Positions 1 through 8,798 of a stretch of 64,000 nt of DNA are shown piece after piece. Source of the DNA: Candidatus Saccharimonadota bacterium (GTDB lineage: Bacteria > Patescibacteriota > Saccharimonadia > Saccharimonadales > Saccharimonadaceae). Every line of letters begins with the position of its first letter. Positions within the stretch are counted from its first letter, which is position 1. Location: contig JAUMYN010000001.1 in NCBI GenBank assembly GCA_030528625.1, positions 451,800-515,799 of the forward strand, given 5' to 3'. The translations under genes and the position numbers were made by a program. The notes beneath the pieces were generated by a model. The model had not been told where the DNA came from. It made no database searches and saw only the letters and a list, made by a program, of their open reading frames with translations.

Positions 1-317
1 CGAAGGATGGCAAGATTGGCCCGGAAATCGATGTCCCAAGGGTTAGCTTTCTGCCTAGTTACCCCCAGGGTGGATATAACACTGTCAATTCCCTTTGCAA
101 CATCAACGATAAATGCAGGATCTGTAACCTCTCCGACAGCCCAATCATCAACAAGACCCTCCAATGCGGGAGAATCCCACTGGCCTGGAGAGGCAGCCCG
201 CTCGCGACTGCGGGTAATCGCACGTACCTTATACCCACGACGATGCAGTTCAGCAACGACGAAACGTCCGAGGTAGCCTGTAGCTCCAGCGACGAGGATT
301 GTTCTATTCCTTTTCAT
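1..317 (-). CDS. NAD(P)-binding oxidoreductase, NmrA/SDR-like (N-terminal part; gene continues past window start)
   Basis: Minus-strand reading frame opens at ATG 315-317 and stays open to the window edge. Translation MKRNRTILVAGATGYLGRFVVAELHRRGYKVRAITRS shows a GxxGxxG Rossmann motif. It overlaps the upstream gene's stop by 4 nt. Confidence 0.6.
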   Translation of the reverse strand, partial: MKRNRTILVAGATGYLGRFVVAELHRRGYKVRAITRSRERAASPGQWDSPALEGLVDDWAVGEVTDPAFIVDVAKGIDSVISTLGVTRQKANPWDIDFRANLAIL

Positions 318-1066
318 ACGCCCGCCCTATAGTTTCCGTAGCGATCAACAAATGCCCGCAAAATCTTGACTGGTTCAGTGACGACTTCTTGACGCGCCGC
401 AGCAATCAACTCATCTGCTTCATTTGGCGCAAAATACCCAGCATGTTTATAGATGCCAATCCTGAACACCAGGCCCTCGGCATCTAGCTCGGGATGAAAC
501 TGCGCGGCATAGACATGCCGACCAACCCGCAGCATCTGCGCGCACGTCGCCGAACGCGCCAGCACCACACAGCCAGCGGGTGGCTGTAACACACCCTCTT
601 TGTGTCCGACAAAACCCCGAAAACAGTCTGGTAACCCCGCCAAAAGCGGATCCCCCCTGCCTTCCGTCGTTAGTCGTATCTCCACCGCGCCGACCGCCTC
701 AGGATAGTCAAAACTCATCTGCCCGCCCATGGCTGTCACTACGGCACCAACTCCCAGGCAAGCGCCCAAAAAGGGCTTGTCCTGAGCAATAATACGCCGC
801 ATCAGCGGCAATACGACCACCTCAAACTGTCGTTGCTCGGGCGATTTTTCATACTCTTGGTAAGCAAAGTTAGCCGGGCCGCCACCCATGATAATGCCCG
901 CGTAGTCGTCTAACTGCACCGTCGGTAGCTGGCCCGTCTCCAACCGTAATCGCACCAGCTGTTCGGATGTTAGTCCGCCAAACCGCAGAAACGCCTGATA
1001 TTCATCATCCGAAGCAGCCGCCTCCGGGCGGGATTGTAAGAGTAAAAATGGCTTCGCGGCGCTCAT
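314..1066 (-). CDS. class I (type-1) glutamine amidotransferase-like protein
   Basis: 250-aa ORF. It has a GACLGVG nucleophile-Cys elbow and an FHPE motif typical of GATase1/GMP-synthase-like domains. Confidence 0.7.
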   Translation of the reverse strand: MSAAKPFLLLQSRPEAAASDDEYQAFLRFGGLTSEQLVRLRLETGQLPTVQLDDYAGIIMGGGPANFAYQEYEKSPEQRQFEVVVLPLMRRIIAQDKPFLGACLGVGAVVTAMGGQMSFDYPEAVGAVEIRLTTEGRGDPLLAGLPDCFRGFVGHKEGVLQPPAGCVVLARSATCAQMLRVGRHVYAAQFHPELDAEGLVFRIGIYKHAGYFAPNEADELIAAARQEVVTEPVKILRAFVDRYGNYRAGV

Positions 1067-1081
1067 CGCGTCTCCTTTCGT

Positions 1082-1330
1082 TTAATTTGGCAATATCAGA
1101 TCAAGCAGTAGCCAACTGGGGTTATTGTCTCGTATGCTTATGATAGCCAGCCCTATCGACGACACGGCAGCCAGACCCAGCGCCAACGACCACCAGCCAA
1201 AAAACTCAGCAAAAATAACCGCCAGGAGGAGCAACGCCGCGTTTAGTGCGATAAGTATGCCAGCCACCACGACAAGCAGCCAGTTGCCGGCGGCGATAGC
1301 GTTTTGAGCAGGCTGATTTTTCTTGCTCAT
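1082..1330 (-). CDS. small hydrophobic membrane protein
   Basis: ORF with two predicted TM helices (LLVVVAGILIALNAALLLLAVIF, LALGLAAVSSIGLAII). Start taken at the internal Met MSKKNQ; the longer ORF extends to 1369. Confidence 0.4.
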   Translation of the reverse strand: MSKKNQPAQNAIAAGNWLLVVVAGILIALNAALLLLAVIFAEFFGWWSLALGLAAVSSIGLAIISIRDNNPSWLLLDLILPN

Positions 1331-1338
1331 AGCACTTA

Positions 1339-1722
1339 TTATACCACTTCGGTATGCCGCCGCAGCCACTGCGCAATATCAGCGACCGACGGACGATTCG
1401 TAGCGACGATAACGGCAAAATCCTCTATTTCACCCTTCCGTGCGACGATCCGCTGGCCATTGAGCTCCAAAAATACCATAGAGGCCAGCATGGCGGTTCG
1501 TTTATTGCCATCAACAAACGGATGATCGGCGATAATCCCCCGCAACAGTGCTGCCGCCTTCTCATGCAATGTCGGATACAATTCTCGGCCAAACACCTCT
1601 TGATGCTGCGTAGCGACAACAGCTTCCAGCCGACCAATGTCGCGAACAGTACTCGCCCCGCCGAATTTCACCGTGACGAGTGCGTGCAGCTGTAAAATAT
1701 GCGCCAAGGTTAAAAACCGCAT
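1339..1722 (-). CDS. doc: Doc (death-on-curing) Fic-fold toxin
   Basis: 127 aa with the HPFVDGNKRTA Fic/Doc active-site motif. It directly abuts the upstream antitoxin ORF. Confidence 0.85.
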   Translation of the reverse strand: MRFLTLAHILQLHALVTVKFGGASTVRDIGRLEAVVATQHQEVFGRELYPTLHEKAAALLRGIIADHPFVDGNKRTAMLASMVFLELNGQRIVARKGEIEDFAVIVATNRPSVADIAQWLRRHTEVV

Positions 1723-1944
1723 CTACCGCTCCGCAAGATGACGAAAGTCGTCCTCATACCGCTCGAGCAGCGACTGCGCCATTTCAAGCACTTTTGCATC
1801 CTCGGCGTGGGCGGTTTTCTTGCGCACCACCAACTCGACTTCATCGCCCGCCTCGACGCCCAGCGCCCGTAAGTCTCGAGCCGGCAGCGTCACACCCCTA
1901 CTGGAGCCGATTTTGATAACTTTTTGGATAGTGGTGATGGTCAT
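1723..1944 (-). CDS. AbrB/MazE/SpoVT-fold antitoxin (Phd-like partner of Doc)
   Basis: 73 aa. The N-terminal IQKVIKIGSSRGVTLPA resembles a swapped-hairpin DNA-binding motif. Its stop is adjacent to the doc start. Confidence 0.75.
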   Translation of the reverse strand: MTITTIQKVIKIGSSRGVTLPARDLRALGVEAGDEVELVVRKKTAHAEDAKVLEMAQSLLERYEDDFRHLAER

Positions 1945-1991
1945 AATGGTTTTATTATAACAAAATTATAATATTATTGCAATATATATGA
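1945..1991 (-). promoter_or_regulatory. AT-rich promoter/operator region upstream of phd-doc
   Basis: 47-bp AT-rich spacer (ttattataacaaaattataatattattgcaatatatatg) with TTATAA palindromic half-sites. It lies between the low-GC islet and phd. No exact -35/-10 is assigned. Confidence 0.35.
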
Positions 1992-2687
1992 CTATTTCAA
2001 CACTCGCGGCTTCACAACACCCTTGCATTCAGTCGTAATAAGATGATGCACCGCATCGAGTACATCCTCTTGGTTGAAATTAATCCCTGACTGTTTTTTA
2101 ATTTTCAGACGAACTGCACGAATCACATCGTCCGTATAGATTGTTTTGATGAGACTATCCGTTGTCAGCGCATCAAATCGCTTCCAGTACAGCTCCAGTT
2201 CGCCCTTCTCCACACTCCGCTTTGCCAGATTAATGAAATCCTTTGATGCCGCACGCATAATTGACAGATCAGACAAATCATAATCAAACACCAAATGCGT
2301 CTTGATCGGCTTACCAAAAATAACTCGGTACAACTGAATCTGCCGGCCGTTGAACAGCAAAATCCAGTCAATTCCCTCGTTTGACGCATATGCTAGCGCC
2401 TGACGCAGATGCCGCTCGCTGAGGTCAATCTCCATAGCCTTGACTTCAACCACAAAGTGCTTTTTGCGCTTCAGCTGAATCACATAATCAGCATACTCGC
2501 CCTTGATGGCGTATTCGGTCTTGATTTCGTCGCCAAACGCATAGCCAAGCACATCCTGCAAAAATTCGTTGACACTAATGCGCGTCCCCGACTCGTTCAT
2601 GTCGGTTGGCTTGTTTTTACCGAGATATTTTTTACGATATTCCCGCAATTGTTTTTCAAGTTGTGCGCGCTGATGTTCTGTCGCCAT
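1992..2687 (-). CDS. stand-alone HsdR-N-terminal-like PD-(D/E)xK nuclease-fold protein
   Basis: 231-aa ORF with visibly lower GC than its neighbours. The EYADYVIQL...HFVVEVKAME segment matches the D...E-x-K catalytic core of the type I R-subunit N-terminal (HsdR_N / Mrr-like) domain. Confidence 0.6.
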   Translation of the reverse strand: MATEHQRAQLEKQLREYRKKYLGKNKPTDMNESGTRISVNEFLQDVLGYAFGDEIKTEYAIKGEYADYVIQLKRKKHFVVEVKAMEIDLSERHLRQALAYASNEGIDWILLFNGRQIQLYRVIFGKPIKTHLVFDYDLSDLSIMRAASKDFINLAKRSVEKGELELYWKRFDALTTDSLIKTIYTDDVIRAVRLKIKKQSGINFNQEDVLDAVHHLITTECKGVVKPRVLK

Positions 2688-2794
2688 GTTAACCTCACTT
2701 AGTCATCTACTTAATAGTTCATCTGTCTGTAAATTATAGTCTCTTAGTTTTGGCTTATCAAGGAGTATCTCTTTCAGTAGATAACTATACTAAA

Positions 2795-3622
2795 CTAATC
2801 AGACGGAGCTGTCTCCAATGTCTTAATTTGCGCCAGGGTATTTATGATAATGCCAACAGAGTATATTAGATATTCAGCCTCGACAGCCCCCTGCGTAATG
2901 GAGCCGTGCTTAGACCCTTCGTTGTAGTGTTTGTCCAATGTCGTAATTTGATTGATAATTGAGTTACGAAAATGATCAGCAGTAACACCGCCCTTAAGAA
3001 GGGCTCCCAGTCTTTTAATATTAGTCGACAACCCTGCTTGATTATCCAGATATTGCCGTAAGTACTCCTCAAGGGCGCGTCGAGTGTTGTTTGAGGCATC
3101 ATTCCACTTCCCTGAAGCATATGCCTTTAGTGCTTTTGTATACTCGCCTGCACTTTTGCCATCCAGGCACAATAAAGTGCGCTCTACGACTTTCTCATCT
3201 AACATGGTCTCGCCTTGAGGATAGGTTATATAATCGCCTTTCTCATTCTTGCCAAACCTAACGTCCAAAGGTTCTCTGTTGACGATAACCGAAATACTAT
3301 CCTTCTCATCGCTAGTAAGGATATTGCTTTTTAGCAAATCCTCTATCCTTTGAGCTAACTCAACAGGCTGTCTAGCTTCATGAAAATACTTTGCCGCATC
3401 AAAATAACTAACACCATAATATCGATTACTTCGATACGTATACGCAGGCGTTCCCGCAATGTACGCGAGATGGCGTAATTTGTCCTCACTGGTCTCTATT
3501 TCCTCACCCAAGAATGCAAGGATACGGTAGATCGTCTTTTCAAACCTTTTCTCAGACGGCTCTTCAGGCAGCCCCCATCGTCGGCGAAAATCACTACTCA
3601 TATCAACATAACTCCGTGACAT
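2795..3622 (-). CDS. hypothetical protein (low-GC islet, no recognisable domain)
   Basis: Long ORF 2795..3655 in a low-GC segment. The start is trimmed to the internal Met (MSRSY...) so that it does not overlap the glyQS stop by 52 nt. Start uncertain. Confidence 0.5.
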   Translation of the reverse strand: MSRSYVDMSSDFRRRWGLPEEPSEKRFEKTIYRILAFLGEEIETSEDKLRHLAYIAGTPAYTYRSNRYYGVSYFDAAKYFHEARQPVELAQRIEDLLKSNILTSDEKDSISVIVNREPLDVRFGKNEKGDYITYPQGETMLDEKVVERTLLCLDGKSAGEYTKALKAYASGKWNDASNNTRRALEEYLRQYLDNQAGLSTNIKRLGALLKGGVTADHFRNSIINQITTLDKHYNEGSKHGSITQGAVEAEYLIYSVGIIINTLAQIKTLETAPSD

Positions 3623-4946
3623 CAACCCGCCGCTGCTCCGTCGTATCCCGCTCACGCACGGTTACTGTGCCGTCCTCCAGTGTCTGGAAGTCGACCACCA
3701 CGCAGTGCGGCGTGCCGATTTCGTCTTGGCGACGGTAGCGTTTGCCGATGTTGCCGTTGTCGTCCCACATCACGGCGCCGTGCTTTTTCTTCAGCATGCG
3801 GTAGACTTCGCGGGCCTTTTCAACCAATTCTGGCTTGTTCTTTAGCAGTGGCGACACGGCAAACTTCACTGGTGCCAAGTGCTCTGGCAAGCGAAGGTAC
3901 ACACGCTTCTCGCCGTTCACTTCGTCCTCGGTATACGCCGCCGATAGCACCGCCATCACGGCTCGTTCCACGCCAAAGCTTGGCTCAATCACATGTGGCA
4001 CAAACTTTTCGTTCGTCCCCTTCACCTGATATTCCATGCTCTTTTTGCTGACGCGCTGAATATTACCAAGGTCAAAATCCGTGCGGTACGCAATGCCCAT
4101 TAGCTCCTCTTCGCCAATCGGGTAATCATACTCAATGTCGATAGTCTTTTTACTGTAGTGCGCGCGGTCTTCAGCTGGTACATCAAGTTCGTGAATATGC
4201 TCTGGCGCTAGACCAAGTTTGCCTAGAAATTCGTGCGTACTGGCCAGCAATTCATCAAACGCTGCCTGCCACTCATCTGGGTGAACAAAATATTCGATTT
4301 CCATTTGCTCAAACTCGCGCGAACGAAAGATAAAGTCGCGCGGCGCAATTTCGTTACGAAACGCCTTGCCCATTTGCGCGAGGCCAAATGGCAGGTTTGG
4401 ATAGAACGTGTCGACAACGTTTTTGAAATTAGTGAAAATACCTTGAGCAGTTTCGGGGCGAAGATACGAAATTGAGACGTCGTCAGCCGTTGGGCCAACG
4501 TGCGTTTTGAACATCATATTGAAGGTGCGCGACTTGCTGAGAGGATTACCATCTGGGCTTTTAATGCCGTGCTCGACAATCGCCGCATCCATCTGCTCCA
4601 TCGTCATGCCATCTGGACTGACGCCATTATCCTTCAAAATATGATCGGTGCGGTAGCGGCGTTTATTGACCGTGTCTTCACACAGCGGATCGACAAAGGT
4701 ATCCACATGCCCACTCGCCTGCCAGACTTTTTGGTTCATCAAAATGGCCGCGTCAATGCCGTACATATCGTCGCGCTCATCAACAAAATGCTGCCACCAC
4801 AGGTTCATAATATTGCGCTTTAAGGCCACGCCCAGCGGGCCGTAATCCCACGTGCCGCTCAGGCCGCCATAGACATCCGACCCCTGGTAAATAAACCCGC
4901 GGCGCTTACACAAACTCACCAAATCTTCCATTTTCGCCTGACTCAC
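3603..4946 (-). CDS. glyQS: glycine--tRNA ligase, single-chain (GlyQS type)
   Basis: 447 aa with EDLVSLCKRRGFIYQGSDVYGGLSGTWDYGPLG, the class II GlyRS N-terminal signature. GTG start at 4946 is preceded by an AAAGGAAAG ribosome-binding site; an ATG alternative lies at 4931. Confidence 0.9.
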   Translation of the reverse strand: MSQAKMEDLVSLCKRRGFIYQGSDVYGGLSGTWDYGPLGVALKRNIMNLWWQHFVDERDDMYGIDAAILMNQKVWQASGHVDTFVDPLCEDTVNKRRYRTDHILKDNGVSPDGMTMEQMDAAIVEHGIKSPDGNPLSKSRTFNMMFKTHVGPTADDVSISYLRPETAQGIFTNFKNVVDTFYPNLPFGLAQMGKAFRNEIAPRDFIFRSREFEQMEIEYFVHPDEWQAAFDELLASTHEFLGKLGLAPEHIHELDVPAEDRAHYSKKTIDIEYDYPIGEEELMGIAYRTDFDLGNIQRVSKKSMEYQVKGTNEKFVPHVIEPSFGVERAVMAVLSAAYTEDEVNGEKRVYLRLPEHLAPVKFAVSPLLKNKPELVEKAREVYRMLKKKHGAVMWDDNGNIGKRYRRQDEIGTPHCVVVDFQTLEDGTVTVRERDTTEQRRVDVTELC

Positions 4947-4962
4947 GAATACTTTCCTTTCT

Positions 4963-4979
4963 CCATGTTGGCAACATGG
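4963..4979. promoter_or_regulatory. perfect 17-bp palindrome (8-1-8) in the glyQS / hypothetical-gene divergent intergenic region
   Basis: ccatgttgGcaacatgg read directly. It sits 17 nt upstream of the glyQS GTG, next to the ribosome-binding site. Confidence 0.5.
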
Positions 4980-5075
4980 CGATTGTCATCAATATTGCTC
5001 TTAGTATAGCATATTTGACACGCTGCGGATTATCATGGTACGATAAAAATAAGAAGTTTCAGGGGAAGCACAAAC

Positions 5076-6143
5076 ATGGGTGAAAAATGTATACAACAAA
5101 GTTCCACTATCGAACATCCCGTAGACACCCCTGATTTTGGCAAAATAACTGTTGGCAATCTGGCTCAGCGACTAAAAGAAATTGCCGACAACTCCAAGCT
5201 GCCTCCCGAACAAAAGCTAACCAGTTTTTGGGAAAATTTTAACACTCTTACCGACTATCCGCCAGGGCTGGATAATCGTTTCTATTGGCTGATGGACATC
5301 CAAAAGCTGCTGATTGGCGCCAATTCTCTCGAAAAGCTCCTCGAGAACAGCACCGATCAGGTCGACCCCGAGCATACCACGCCAGAGGTGCTGCGAAACT
5401 GCGCCGCTCTCGCCTTCGAACAATACCGCGCATCGTTTGATGGTATCGCGCCAGATAGCCCAGACAACCCGCAGCTCCCCTCCTCTCGGGTGTTTGAAAA
5501 AGCGTGGCATGCCGCGAAAGAGTTGCAGCCCGAACCTGCCAAGCCTGCTGACATATGCATCACACCAGTTCTGCTACTAGTAACCAGCCAGGAAGGCATC
5601 AGGAAATTTGAAGATTTTGATAAGCTACTGCCCGCACTATCACCAGAGGCCTCAGCTATCCAGGAGAAGTTCTATGACGCCCATCAACTAAAGGATAGTG
5701 ATGAGCGAAAAACAGCGCTCCTGTCAGTTGTCGGCGAGGATATCGCCAAACTATCGGCCTCTCTTGAAGCTTCTCAGGATTCTGAGACCACCCTTTTCAC
5801 CGCCTTTCTCAAACTGCGGGCTGCTCAAATTACCCACGACTTAGCTAAGCTTGGTTATTATGGCCAGGAAGTGGAAAACATCCGCCAGCGAGCCGTCGCT
5901 ATTAAGGAGCTATCAGAACTTATCACTAGCCTTGAAAACGATACGCGATATAATACTGAAGATCCCGACAAAGCGCAAAACCTACACACACTAGCGAAGT
6001 ATTTTCATTGGCTGTACGGCAAGGAACAGAAGGTGTTAAAAAAGGAACAGAAGGCGTTAGAAACTACACCGCCAACCAACCCAGCAGATCACCTAGGCGC
6101 GGTCGCCGTTAGCGATACCACTACACTCCAGCATGCTGCCTAG
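5076..6143 (+). CDS. hypothetical protein
   Basis: 355-aa ORF with an AGGGGAAG ribosome-binding site. No recognisable motif. Its 3' end overlaps the recO end convergently. Confidence 0.55.
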   Translation: MGEKCIQQSSTIEHPVDTPDFGKITVGNLAQRLKEIADNSKLPPEQKLTSFWENFNTLTDYPPGLDNRFYWLMDIQKLLIGANSLEKLLENSTDQVDPEHTTPEVLRNCAALAFEQYRASFDGIAPDSPDNPQLPSSRVFEKAWHAAKELQPEPAKPADICITPVLLLVTSQEGIRKFEDFDKLLPALSPEASAIQEKFYDAHQLKDSDERKTALLSVVGEDIAKLSASLEASQDSETTLFTAFLKLRAAQITHDLAKLGYYGQEVENIRQRAVAIKELSELITSLENDTRYNTEDPDKAQNLHTLAKYFHWLYGKEQKVLKKEQKALETTPPTNPADHLGAVAVSDTTTLQHAA

Positions 6144-6798
6144 CCGCCAGCCAGCAGTCTGCCAGCACCGCACCAACACCACCCACCTGAGCCGCCGTCG
6201 CCAAAGGAGTGACGGCCAGCAGCCTGAGCAGCTTGATATGCGCCGCCGTCAAGTCGCCCTGCTCGCTGGGACGCAACCCCTTTTCGCCAACATCGTACAT
6301 ATAGGACTTGTCAGCGCTGAGCGGACGACCCATTACATCCGTCCTGAGATTGAGCTCATCACCCAGCAGCTCGGCATAACGCACATAAAACCACGCCTCC
6401 ACCAACTGTTGCGGCGTCGCACGTACGTCCAACTGCTCCAGCGTCTGCTGCAATAGCGTAAACCAGGCTGGCTCGTCGATTGTTTCAGTGGCCTGAGCTA
6501 CCAACTTAAGCGCCGCATAGGCAAACTGCATCCGTTCATAGTCCTCTAGAATATGGCGGTAAAACGCGCTGAGTCGCGCGCTAGTGAGCAACCCTAGCTC
6601 GCCCCGCCCCGAACGAATCACCACATCGCACACCGCAAACAGCTCAATGCCGCCAGCCAGCTTGGAGCGTTCGCGACGCACACCCTTGGCGATCACCGCT
6701 CGCCGACCCTGGGGAGTTAGTAGCTGCACCACCCGATCAGCCTCGGCATAGTCAGTGCGCCGCAGCACAATCGCTTTCAGCCGCTCGCCGTCTTTCAT
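6121..6798 (-). CDS. recO: DNA repair protein RecO
   Basis: 225 aa. The N-terminal OB-fold signature KAIVLRRTDYAEADRVVQLLT fits the RecO architecture. Confidence 0.8.
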   Translation of the reverse strand: MKDGERLKAIVLRRTDYAEADRVVQLLTPQGRRAVIAKGVRRERSKLAGGIELFAVCDVVIRSGRGELGLLTSARLSAFYRHILEDYERMQFAYAALKLVAQATETIDEPAWFTLLQQTLEQLDVRATPQQLVEAWFYVRYAELLGDELNLRTDVMGRPLSADKSYMYDVGEKGLRPSEQGDLTAAHIKLLRLLAVTPLATAAQVGGVGAVLADCWLAARQHAGV

Positions 6799-7157
6799 GC
6801 CGCCGCCTCCGCAAATACTCGCCGCACCTCGGCCGGCGTCATCCGCGACTTATCCAGCACCGCCCACACCCCGAATGGCCGCAGCAGCGCGGCATCGAGC
6901 GGCACATTGCTGCACACCACCACTGGCAGCGCCGCCAGATCGTCATGACTGCGCAGCTCATTCAGTAGCGCCATCCCTGTCTCGCCCGCCAGCAGCATAT
7001 CCAAACAGAGGGCATGCGGCGACCAATCATCCACCGCCTCGATAGCCTGGGCTGGCGACACCACCACTCGCGTCGTCAAGCCGACCGCCGCAGCATAGCG
7101 CGCTAACACTTCCGCCCATATCGGATCATCCTCGATAATCAACAGCCGCTTTTTCAT
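6795..7157 (-). CDS. single-domain response regulator (receiver only)
   Basis: LLIIEDDPIWAEVLA ... CLDMLLAGETG (phospho-acceptor Asp) ... PVVVCS is a CheY-like receiver with no output domain. ATGA overlap with the upstream kinase. Confidence 0.8.
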   Translation of the reverse strand: MKKRLLIIEDDPIWAEVLARYAAAVGLTTRVVVSPAQAIEAVDDWSPHALCLDMLLAGETGMALLNELRSHDDLAALPVVVCSNVPLDAALLRPFGVWAVLDKSRMTPAEVRRVFAEAAA

Positions 7158-7867
7158 AGCAGGCTCAATTGCTCGCTGAGCGGCATATCAATATAAAAGG
7201 TCAGCCCGTCGCGATGGCGAATCAGCCCGATGCGTCCGCCCATGGCCCGTGCAAACTGCGCCGCGATGTAGACGCCCAGGCCGCTACTTTCTGGCCTGGT
7301 GCGCACCGTTTTGCGCTGCTCCAGCGTATCGAGCAAACGCCGATATTCCTGCCGACTCATCATTGGCCCAAAATCGCGCACGCTCAGCCGCATCGCCTGG
7401 CCCCGTGATGCCACGCGCACCTCAATAGCCGCCGATTCCTCAGTATAGCGCAGTGCATTGTCCAAAAAATTCATCATTACTCGGCCGAGCAGCACTTGAT
7501 TTGCTACCACCAAACGGCTGCGGCGCATCGACCCCGAGGGCCAGCTAATTCGCCGCTGATACAGCGCCATCATCGGCGCCATCTCTTGCATCAGCTGTCG
7601 ACACACCGCCAGCGGATTGACCGGCTCCAGCGGAAACAAACTGGGAGTCAGCTGGGCCGTCTGCGACAAATCAGTCACAGTACGCAAAGCTCGTTCCGCC
7701 GTCAAGCGCACCTGCCGCTGCAAGGCCTGCGCTTCGGCGGCCGATAGCTCACCATCTTCCAATAGCAAACTCAGCTGGCGCACCAGCGCCAAAGGCGCTT
7801 TCAACTCATGCGCCGCCACGAGAACACTCGGTAGCGCCGCATATTCATCACTCCACTTGTCCGCCAT
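7154..7867 (-). CDS. soluble sensor histidine kinase (HisKA + HATPase_c, no TM segment)
   Basis: H-box AAHELKAPLALV, N-box NFLDNALRY and G-box SGLGVYIA are present, with no hydrophobic helices. Start taken at MADKW; the longer ORF extends to 7903. Confidence 0.75.
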   Translation of the reverse strand: MADKWSDEYAALPSVLVAAHELKAPLALVRQLSLLLEDGELSAAEAQALQRQVRLTAERALRTVTDLSQTAQLTPSLFPLEPVNPLAVCRQLMQEMAPMMALYQRRISWPSGSMRRSRLVVANQVLLGRVMMNFLDNALRYTEESAAIEVRVASRGQAMRLSVRDFGPMMSRQEYRRLLDTLEQRKTVRTRPESSGLGVYIAAQFARAMGGRIGLIRHRDGLTFYIDMPLSEQLSLL

Positions 7868-7892
7868 ACTGTCAGTATAGCAAATGCGGCGT

Positions 7893-8549
7893 CTACTGAA
7901 CAAACTTAACCGTTGTCATCACCGTATTAAAATCTGGCTTGAAGGTGTCGGCATCAGCCGAAAAACGAATTGTTTTATCGCGCACCCGCATTAACACTGC
8001 CACGCCGCGCAGCTCCTTGGTAAACGAGCCTTCAATCCTGGTTGCCGCATTGCCATTGTATTCAACGCTGCTTGATACCAACTCGCCCTTTTTGAGCTGC
8101 GACGCATACTGACCGAGCACCCTGTCAAAATCCATATTCAAAATCTCCAAACGCATCGCAAAACGACTGGCCTTGCCAGCAACCGGCGGCACGCTCATCG
8201 GGTGAAAATAGGCCCGAAAATCACCGCGATCGCTGCCGTCCTTGTCAACATAGGCGCTCCAGGTCTTCGGATACATGAACGAAACGCGGCCGTACTCGCT
8301 CGGCCCAACAAACTCAATGCGGGGGTTTTTGAAATCCTCGGCAAATTTTTTCTGATCAGCTTCGGCCTGTTCGCGCTTGGCTTCGGCCACCGCTAGTGCC
8401 ACCTTGGCGTCAACACTGGTCTTTTGCTGACTATAGGCCATATAGGCCCAGATCGCCAGGGCGCCAGCAACGACAAACAGAGTCAGTCCAGCAATTGCCG
8501 CCACCATCCAGCCGTTCACCCAGCCTCGCTCATATCTCATCTGTTTCAT
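7893..8549 (-). CDS. membrane-anchored hypothetical protein
   Basis: 218 aa with an N-terminal TM anchor (WMVAAIAGLTLFVVAGALAIWAYMAY) and an extracytoplasmic domain of unknown function. Confidence 0.55.
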   Translation of the reverse strand: MKQMRYERGWVNGWMVAAIAGLTLFVVAGALAIWAYMAYSQQKTSVDAKVALAVAEAKREQAEADQKKFAEDFKNPRIEFVGPSEYGRVSFMYPKTWSAYVDKDGSDRGDFRAYFHPMSVPPVAGKASRFAMRLEILNMDFDRVLGQYASQLKKGELVSSSVEYNGNAATRIEGSFTKELRGVAVLMRVRDKTIRFSADADTFKPDFNTVMTTVKFVQ

Positions 8550-8564
8550 ACTGATCAGTATAGC

Positions 8565-8798
8565 TTATGTTTTTTTGCTTGTAAAGCTTGCTTCGGGCTG
8601 CACTTCAATCTCGTGTTTCATCACTAGCAGCCGCCGCTCAATCTCAGCTGCCAGTTGACGAAGCGCCACAAACCGCTGCTGCGCTTCCTCCAGCCGAAAC
8701 GACTCGCCATGAAACCACGCCATCTCCTCGTCCAACCGCGCCAACAATTGATCAATCGGTGTCTCGTCCGCTGATAGTTTTTTCACCTTTGTCATCAC
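8565..8798 (-). CDS. xseB: exodeoxyribonuclease VII small subunit
   Basis: 77-aa helical protein immediately downstream of xseA, overlapping it by 4 nt. Size and position fit xseB. Confidence 0.75.
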   Translation of the reverse strand: MMTKVKKLSADETPIDQLLARLDEEMAWFHGESFRLEEAQQRFVALRQLAAEIERRLLVMKHEIEVQPEASFTSKKT

